From: an uncultured Deinococcaceae bacterium | GTDB taxonomy: Bacteria > Deinococcota > Deinococci > Deinococcales > Deinococcaceae | DNA length: 32,398 bases | Direction: 5' to 3' | Assembly: GCA_964252075.1 (NCBI GenBank) | Contig: CAXULY010000051.1 | Coordinates: 1-32,398, forward strand | Program-made: the position numbers and the translations under genes | The notes under the pieces: model-generated | The model's input: only the letters and a program-made list of their open reading frames with translations | The model's database searches: none | Told to the model about the DNA's origin: nothing | In this document: positions 1-8,300 of the stretch, one piece after another | How positions within the stretch are numbered: the first letter of the stretch is position 1 | How the letters are laid out: each line of letters opens with the position of its first letter

Positions 1-140
1 CGCTCGTCCGCCAGCACGCGCGCCGCGGCATCCAGGTGGCGGTCCACGAACGCCTCTGCGCCTGATCGGTGACGGCGCGCATGAACGACGCCATGAACGC
101 GCGGTCCAGCGCCGCGGGCGTGAGGGGCGCAAAGGTGAGC
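1..140 (-). pseudogene. Fragment of a hypothetical gene running off the window edge, apparently frameshifted
   Basis: Minus strand reads LTFAPLTPAALDRAFMASFMRAVTDQ, then continues in another frame as AEAFVDRHLDAAARVLADE with GC-rich codons; no family recognised. Confidence 0.3.
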
Positions 141-214
141 GCGCAGGCGCGAAATTGGCCCGCGCGTCTCGGCCTGCCCCCCAAGATCAGCCCCGCCAAC
201 TGAACCTCACAGCG

Positions 215-245
215 AAGCGCCCCCGCCAATCCGGCGGGGGCGCTT
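215..245. terminator. Hairpin, putative intrinsic terminator
   Basis: Perfect 13-bp stem aagcgcccccgcc/ggcgggggcgctt with a 5-nt loop, just downstream of the minus-strand ORF ending at 260. Confidence 0.65.
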
Positions 246-259
246 GCTTGATGGGCGGG

Positions 260-619
260 TCAGTCGAAGCACCCGGCGGCACCACCGTTATGGGGCGTCC
301 CAATGCCCCACGAGCGCGCGCCGCCCCGCTCGAGCAGGCGCAGGTGCCGCAACTCCACCCAGTTTCCTTGCACATCTCCATAATTCACGAGCGCCTGGCG
401 CGTCACGACACGCGCGCATGGCCCAAACTTCGGACTGTCAAGCCCGAAGTCCTTGCTAGGCGCGACTTCCAGCACCCCACACACTGTGCCCGCAGCGTGC
501 GAGCTCATTGCTGCCGCTAGGCCGCCCTTCTTGCGGCGCTCCTCATCACCCACGTCCGCCTGGAGCTCCACGGTGTCGCCCACCTGCAGGTCCATCACGC
601 CGTTCGTCATGCCCGACAT
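260..619 (-). CDS. Hypothetical protein (119 aa or shorter)
   Basis: Protein-like ORF (MDLQVGDTVELQADVG...WVELRHLRLLERG) followed by a hairpin; start codon uncertain. Confidence 0.55.
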   Translation of the reverse strand: MSGMTNGVMDLQVGDTVELQADVGDEERRKKGGLAAAMSSHAAGTVCGVLEVAPSKDFGLDSPKFGPCARVVTRQALVNYGDVQGNWVELRHLRLLERGGARSWGIGTPHNGGAAGCFD

Positions 620-649
620 GCTAGCGCTTGACGCGTACGGCGCGACCTT

Positions 650-834
650 TCACGTGCCGTGTTTGAACGCCTGCTCGATGAAGTTCGCGAAGTTGCCGTG
701 ATGCACGACCTTCGGGCGTTCGGTGAGGCCGTGCTGCTGCATGAACGCCGCTTCTTCCGCGGGGCTATCCAGATGGAGCGGGTGTCGGGGTCCTCTGGGT
801 CCTCGACCATCACGCCATCCACCACGGGAATCAC
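650..834 (-). pseudogene. Small hypothetical gene remnant with a frameshift near 761
   Basis: IPVVDGVMVEDPEDPDTRSIWIAP continues in another frame as AEEAAFMQQHGLTERPKVVHHGNFANFIEQAFKHGT*; the shift lies in a short C run. Confidence 0.45.
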
Positions 835-881
835 GAAGGTGCCGTAGAGACGGTTTCAGAAAGCCTGCCCAAGGCGGTTGA

Positions 882-1213
882 TTAATGAAACAAGCTGAGC
901 AACATGACCCGCCTCTGTGGCCTTCCCCATTCGGACGCAGTATATCCAAACTCCCCCGGCAGGTCCTCCAAACGAAAACCTTGTGCCCCGCCTCCGGCGC
1001 CACAAGGTGCGGCTGCCCCTCCACCTTCCAGAACTCGAAACGCTGCCTCATGTGGGACCCACCCCAAAGGCTTGCCCACGTAGGACACCACACCCCCCTC
1101 AAAAGTGCGGCGATGTCCGGTGCGCTCAGCTCACGCACGCGTTCCTCACTGATGTGGCCTGACGCGTCCCAAACCTCACTCAGTGGAAGGGACTGGACGA
1201 CCGTGTCCTTCAT
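882..1213 (-). pseudogene. Multiply frameshifted hypothetical gene
   Basis: Protein-like pieces alternate between frames: MKDTVVQSLPLSEVWDASGHISEERVRELSAPDIAALLRG / VVSYVGKPLGWVP / FEFWKVEGQPHLVAPE / FRLEDLPGEFGYTASEW...LLSLFH*. Confidence 0.5.
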
Positions 1214-1225
1214 GCTGTCGCCCTT

Positions 1226-1575
1226 CCGCCGCAGGCACATGAGGACGAGCGCGAAGGTCAAGAACGCCGCGTAAACGAGCACGCATCGCTCCCACCATAC
1301 CAGCAAGCGGCGAACACCACCCTGCCATGCGAACGCCCGCTCCACTCGCTAGCGGGCCAGGTCCAACAGGCGGTCGTGCGAGACCGGTCGTCCCCGATGG
1401 GGCTTCCATGAGATGGGTCTGCGCTTCACTGGGATGCACGCGCGAACCCCCCGCTGTTTCAGGTTGTGGCTAAAGGGCCGGTTGTTATAGCTACGGTCTG
1501 CCACCAGGCAAGCCGGGCGGTTCCTGACTCGTCCAGACGGTGACACGACGCTGATCGCACTCAGCGTTGCGGGGA
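1226..1575 (-). mobile_element. IS5-family transposase C-terminal remnant
   Basis: LVADRSY...LKQRGVRACIP...RGRP...*RVERAFAWQGGVRRLLVWWER matches the IS5 pattern ADKGY...VERxFAWL..RRL..RWE; in-frame TAG at 1349-1351; N-terminus missing. Confidence 0.8.
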
Positions 1576-1995
1576 TCCCGGCCCGCCGGCCCTCCTTTAT
1601 AGGGGGCATAGGGGCCGATCCTGGGCTAAGTTTGCGGAGTAGATGGGAGTGGGCGTGCGCCGACTGGTGTTAGCGCTGCCCATAGCCCTGCGTCTCTCAG
1701 CCCCCACCTCTACGGAGTCGTACGGTAGATCGAGGGGTAGGTGCGGTGGTGGATTGCGGGAGCGCTGGGAGGGGCGAGTGGTGGGTCAGGCGGCGTGTCG
1801 GTCCAGAAATTTACAAGTAGCCGAGGACGAAGAATAAGGTTCGTGCTGTGGCCATAGCGGCTCGATAGTTGCGGAAGCTGCGGTGAGTTAGGGGCACGGA
1901 ACTGAAAGATAGCTGCACTCGATTACTCTAACAATCCGTGACCAAGTCAAGGGCGGCACCACTGACACGAGTGCCCTTATGCATTAGTTAGGGCA

Positions 1996-2023
1996 AATCG
2001 CCCCTCAAATATTAGGGGCGATT
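1996..2023 (-). terminator. Putative terminator of the toxin-immunity operon
   Basis: 10-bp stem aatcgcccct/aggggcgatt with an 8-nt loop, 22 nt after the immunity gene stop. Confidence 0.6.
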
Positions 2024-2045
2024 CAAGAAGTTGTAATCAAATCAC

Positions 2046-2390
2046 CTAGTTATAATAATCAACCGATACCAACTCGATGTTGTCGTTATATTCCATTCTC
2101 GCAAAGCAACACACGGGATTCGCTAAGTTTACGCGACTCTCTCTGAGGCCGCCTATGGCAACGACGACGCGAAGCATCTTCCAGTTGAGTATTACGTCGA
2201 TACTTGCACTGCGCGAGACCACATCAATATCGCAATCAGGATCTACCTTGATTTCCTGACCACTCACACTCAAGTACATATCGGTGGAATCTGCAGAGGT
2301 CATGTGCTGTCTAATGTCTTGAATGACTCTACGTTCTGGTAGCATTCTTTCTATCATTGCCTGTAGCGCAGCGAATGAATCAATGGTCAC
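2046..2390 (-). CDS. Putative cognate immunity protein (114 aa)
   Basis: GTG at 2390 has GAGAGG 7 nt upstream and overlaps the toxin stop (2380-2382); low GC (35-53% in two hand-counted 60-nt lines); position typical of polymorphic-toxin immunity genes; family not recognised. Confidence 0.75.
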   Translation of the reverse strand: MTIDSFAALQAMIERMLPERRVIQDIRQHMTSADSTDMYLSVSGQEIKVDPDCDIDVVSRSASIDVILNWKMLRVVVAIGGLRESRVNLANPVCCFARMEYNDNIELVSVDYYN

Positions 2391-5300
2391 GAGCAAACCT
2401 CTCAAAAATAACTTGCCCTCGTTCGTTCATATTCCCGTAGAGCCGAGCTCCTCCGCCTTGACCGAGTACCTTTAGTTCATATTGGTATGTAAACCCGCCA
2501 ATTTTTACACCGCTTCCACCCAAAGGCTTAATACCGGTAGAACCTTTCCCTGAAGCAAATCCTTTGAGTGACTCCTCAAATTTCTTGAGGACATCTGGAG
2601 ACAGACGTCCGGAATCCACCAGATCCGTAAGCTCACTGTACAGGTCCTTCTTGATCCAACCAGGCTGAGTGTAGGTACGTGCGGCTGTCTCTTCAGCCTT
2701 ATTGGCGCAGTTATGCACCAACCATCCGCCAGTGCCGACGAAGAAGGTGTGCGCTTCCGCGACCTCCAGGTTGTACATCGTCCGCGTCTCGCTGACCGTG
2801 TTGACGTACTTCACCACGCCCGTGGTGCCGTCCGCCTTCCTGATCTTATCCCCTACTTTGAGGTGGCCCGCGCCGACCCAGTGCTCGTTGAGATCCTCAT
2901 GCCCGACCGGCTTCGGCCTTGCCTCGGTATCTGAACGCTCCGTGATGTAGAAGGGGTGCTCGGGCGTGGTGGTCAGCGTTTCGCTCTGCCGTGACGCTGG
3001 GTCAACCAAGCTCAACAGCGTCAATGCCCCGTCCTCATGCTTGAGTACTTGCAGCACTGGCTCAACTTCATTCTTTCCCGTGTCTTCGTTGAAGGCGAGC
3101 ACATTCGCTCCGACCGTCAACGCGCCGATCGCCACTGCTCCAGTGGCGGTGCGCACGAGTGTCGAAGCCTCAAATGAATTTAAACAGTTCGGATGGCCCG
3201 CCTCTCTGGCTTTGCTTGCCCGCTTTGCCAGCGCTTCGAGGCCATCGATGGCCTTCTCAAACAAGCGTCCAAAACGCACGATGCTCGAGGCGAGCTTGGC
3301 GCCCCCAGCGACCACCCGCTCGCCAGGAACAAAGCCGAGCAGCACGAGGCCGCCGGACACGAGGCGCGATTTAAGGCTAATGGGCTGGCTGAAATTCCCT
3401 CCCGTTTGGCCAGTAGTAGCTTCAATCGCATCGCGTAAACCAAGGAAGGTCCCGACACCGTTCGCGGTCGCTTCTATCTGAACATTAATAGCGATGTCGT
3501 AATTGATCAATTGATAGCGAGCTTCTGACGAAAGGTTGGTGCTTTTGAGTTTCGACGCGTCGTACGCCAAGTTGTGCAGGTCGTTCGCGCTGATCTCGTC
3601 GGCCATGATGCCTTCAACCATGCGTATTTTGAGCAGCGTTCGATCTGCTGCAGGGAGGTTGCTGACGGAATCGATGAAAAGTTGCGCAGAAGCCACCGAA
3701 TTCTGCCCGCCGATGTAGTTTCCAAGGAGCCTGAGTGCGCTGTCCAGAATCACTTGCCTCTGGGCATCACTCAAGCTGTCATCGTTGAGCGATTTGACCT
3801 TTTGCGCCACCTCATCCAGATTGGCCGCCCTGTTCTCCATTCGGTTCTCGGGGTCGTCCAGCGTCACCAACGTGACAGGTGCATTCCCACCGTGCGGTCC
3901 ATCGGGTAAAGTCGGCACCACCCCACCGTTGACAATGCCGGGGACCACTGCGGTCGCCTCTGGCGGCAGGGGCACGCCGAAGCTTCCGTCCTGCGCCCCT
4001 GTGCCCCCTGTGGTGGGAGCACCGGGCGCGAGGGGCGCAGTGACCGCGCCAACCTGTGGCACCACTCCGGCCGGTCCCGCCCCTGCGGCCAGTGGCGCGC
4101 CGCCCGTGGTGGTGGGCACGACATTCGTGTTGGGTGCAAGCACCCCATTGGGTCCATCCGAACCCACGACCGGCGCACTGGGCGGGACCACTCCGGACGG
4201 CGGCAACACGGCGCTGAAGCCCGTCACGTTGGGCACCACTCCCATTCCGGCATTGGGCGTGGCGGCAGGCGCTGTCCCGCCTGTGAGTGGCACACTCCCG
4301 ATGGTGGGCGGCTGAATGTTGACGGGTTGCAGGCCGAACTGCTGTGAAACGCTCGGGGTGGGTGCCGAGAGCTCAGGTACAGCTTCACCAGGTTGCCTCG
4401 GGGTGGCCTTCGTGGTGTCGAAGGGCATGACCCCGCCCCAGTTGACCGTGTCGCCCACCGTGTCGGCCAAGGTGTACGTTTGGTCGCGGAGGTTCTGTGG
4501 ACCGTCCGATCCACCGGCTTCAATTCGCGGATCCTGCTCGACCACGGGGGTCATGGTCTGTCGCCCGTACGCTGTCTCCGAGCGCATCATCTGCGCGTCA
4601 TTGCCCACGAACACCGCGGTGGTCAGGCTCTCTCCCACCGAGTGAATTTGGTATGGGTAGGGGTCGGGACTGCTGAGGTTGTTCGGCCCGTACTCTGCAA
4701 TCGTGGTTTGGGCGGTGAGCACCTGATTGCCGAGTGGATCGTACCGGTACAGGGCGTATCGACTGTTCCAATACCACTTGCCGTCTTTGAGGACAGAGTC
4801 ACCGACCTTGGCAAATTCGGCCGGGCGGAGGTCCGCGTCATAACGTTTCTGGTAACCATCGAAGTTGTCCGTGGAGATCAGGCCAACAGCACCCGACGTG
4901 GTGTTTCCTGCCACACCCAGACGATTCCCAAGGGCATCGAGCGTATAGATCACGCTGGGGCCGTTGGACACATTGATTTGCCTCACTGAGCCACTGCCGT
5001 TCGGGTCAAGCACAAAGGTGGCCGTTGAGCCGCTCTGCGTCTTTTGCGAGAGTCGACCTTCCGCGTCGTACGCGAAGGTGGTGGTGGTTGATCCTGTGCG
5101 GTACGTCAAGCTGGTCGTGATGAGGTCCACGAGGCCTGAGGCGTTGTAGTGCGTACCGGTCACGTTGTAACCGATGGTGCTGGATGTCTCACGCCCATTC
5201 ACCATGACGCGTTCCGCAAAGTCTGAGGCGTTTCGGAGCCCCTTGGTCTTGGTCACCGTGTTGCCGGAGTAACTGGTGAGGACGGCCCCTTCTTGAGTCA

Positions 5301-8300
5301 CCCGTCCCTGGCTGTCGTAGTCGTAATTCACCGTTCGCGCCGTCCCGCTGTTGGGTGCGTTCGTCACGGATTTGCGCTGCATGCTGTTGAAGTAGCTGTA
5401 GGTCAACGTGTTGCTGACGTTTCGACCCAGTCGGTTGTAATTGAGTTTTGGATTGTCCGTCGTCGTCGGCGGGTACGGTTCTGGCACCTGCTCCGTGAGG
5501 TTGACGGAAGCAATGTCGGCTCCGCGATCCGAGTTGGTATAGGTGACGGTGGCTGTGCCTGTGGTGGCGCCAGCAAGCACACCATTTTTTCCTCCAAAGA
5601 CCGTGTAGAGGTCGTTGGTCATCACCAGCGGTTGAACTTTGGCTTGAACGTCCCACGTGATGGATTTCGGTTTGTTCAAGATGGTGAAGTTGCTGTAGGT
5701 GTAGTGGTTTTGCTGCAACGTCGTCCCGGTCGGTTGGTCGTACGTTTCCGTCAAGTTGCCGTTCGAATCAAAGAACCAGAACGTGCTGTACTTCACCAGG
5801 TTGCCGGTCGTGCTGAGGTTGATAAACTTTCCCGTGGCGTCTCGCTGCTGGGCGTACACAGCGGGAATGCCTTCGAAATCCCGGCGTGTTCTCAGGTGCT
5901 GGGCGTTGTACGTGTAGGTGTTCGTGTGGTGGTTGTCCACATGCTCGGTCAATACATCTCCAACACCATCGTACGTATAGGTCGTGATGGTGCCGTTACC
6001 GAGTTTTTCAGAACTGCGCCAGCCGCTCAAATAGTTGGTGTAAATCTTATGAACACCTGCACCGTTCTCGCTCAAAAGCTTGTCTTGCAGGTCATACGTG
6101 TAAGTTGTGGTGACATCATTTTCTGTTTTTGAAATGATGTTGTTCCGCAAGTCATAGTCGTTGTGTACAGTACTTATGGGCGTTGTCTTATCTACGGGAT
6201 TATCGTATCGATCATAGCGATTGGTTTCTGAGTAATTGGTTCCACCTGTGTTTGAGGTCGTGGTGGAGACAAGATTTCCATGTCCATCATATGCGTTAGA
6301 TACGCTGTAGTCTGCTCCAGAAGCGATGCTCTGAATCTTTCCGTTAGGAGTATACCCGTAGGTGTAATTTACTAAGGAATCTTTGTTGATTTTGGCGATG
6401 GCGGTTGGACGGTTGTTCTCGAACGCACCGAATTGCTGCGTGATAACAAGAACACCATTTTGATTCGGTTCTTCCACCTGTATCAATTGTCCAGCGGCAT
6501 TGTAAGTATGACGCAACAGCGTCACACCAGCGAGTGTTTCCGTCAGCATACTGCCGAACGCATCATACGTGTGCGTGATGGCATTGCCCTTTGGGTCGTT
6601 GCTGGTCAACTGGCGAGACAACGCGTCGTAAGTGCTGACTAAAGACACACCATACGGGCGGCGCTCGCTGATCACGTTGCCGAGCGCGTCATGCAGGTAG
6701 GTGGTGACGTCACCCCGCGCGTCGGTGTGACTGTAGACTTGGTCGCGCCCATCAAAGGACGACTTGCTGGTGCCCGCGTCCGTTAAGGTGTCGCTTAATA
6801 CGTTGCCGTGCGCATCATTGGTATACGTGTGGGCCGAACCGCTGCCCTGAGTGTCTGTCAGCATGTTCCCCAAAGCGTCGTAGGTCAACACTTCAGGGTG
6901 CTCCACTCCGTCGGAGCCGGTGTACCTGCTGTCGGTTATCTTCGTGGGGTGGTCGTCTGCGTCATACACCGTTTTGATGGTGTATGACGCAGATGTGCCC
7001 GTGTTCATGATGGTTTTGGTAATTCGCCCTAACGAATCAACTTCGTTATTGATGGTGTTGGTGTAGCTTCCTGCATTGCCATTTCCATACGTCTCGCTCT
7101 GGGACAAGAGCACCCCGCCAGCGTCGTAACCGTAACTGAGGGTGCGCACTCCACCATCGTCTGCAGTGATGGTCTTACCGGCAACACGATCCCAGCGGTC
7201 ATACGCCGTGAATTTGGTGACGACACCGTCTTCCGTCTGCTGCGTCAGGCGGCCAAAACCGTCATACCTGTCGTACGACACACTGTGGGTCGGATCGCTG
7301 ACATTGGTGAGGAACCCGTTGCCGTCGTAGGTGGAGGTCGTCACACGGCCACCCAGGGTGTGCGTGGCAACACTGCCGTCCGCATTCCTTGTCCAGCTTT
7401 CGGTTCGGTCCGCTCCACCGCCCGCAAGGCGTTCGGTCAACAGCTCCCCGAAACCATTGAACGTGCGGGTGACGCTGCGCGCCGCCTGAACGTCCGTCAA
7501 GGCGTTTCCGAGCGCGTTGTACGTCAAGTCACGGGTGATGGAGGGGGCGCCGCCGCTTGCCGTGTCGGTGATGCGGGTGGGGAAATCTGCATATGGCGCT
7601 GCAGGAGATCCACCATACGCATATGTGACCGTGTGTGAGCTGGTACCCCACGAATCACTTTCCAGCGACTGGCGTCCCGCTGTGTCAAAGGTCTTGGTGT
7701 TAATGGTGGTGTAGGCCCCAGCGGTCATGGTGTCCTTCACCTGAGAAATGGCCCCAGCGCCGTAATAGCTGTTGGTGAATACGTCTTTTCGAACCGCAGC
7801 GCCTGTCGTGGTCAGCACGCTTGGGTTGTTGTTGTTGTCGTACTGGGTGGTGACGGTCTGTGTTATTGGCCCGCCGGTCGTCGGGTCCGTGCCACCAGCG
7901 ACCTGCAGGAGGGTGGTGTTGCCCCGGTCGTCGTATCCATAGGTGGCCACTTTCCCTGTGGGAAACGTGATGCGGCCAATTGATCCATTGGGATCGTATA
8001 TAAAGTCGTAATTTTGCCCGTTGTCGTTGCGGCCGCGTAGGACGCCACTCGCGTCATAGGTGTAGGTCTGCGTTTTGGTGCCCTGCGTTTCCGTTACGGT
8101 GGTGCCGTTGTAGGCGTAAGTGATGGCTGTCACGCCTGGTTCGGCGACAGTCCAGATGCGCCCAGCGTTCTGGTTGCCGTCTGGGTAGTAGGTGTAACTG
8201 GTGGTGAGGTTGCCGTTCGGGCCGGGGCGGCGGATGGATTGTATGTGGGTACCGCTGTATGCGAAGTGTGTGGCGCGACTGCTGCCGCCAGCGATGTACG

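Noticed and set aside
650..1345. 231-aa minus-strand ORF
   Set aside because: Chimera of the IS5 C-terminus and pieces of two frameshifted genes
1620..1990. Short ORFs between the IS remnant and the immunity gene (1643-1837; minus-strand SFRNYRAAMATARTLFFVLGYL)
   Set aside because: Only a vague resemblance to a transposase tail; not enough evidence for a call
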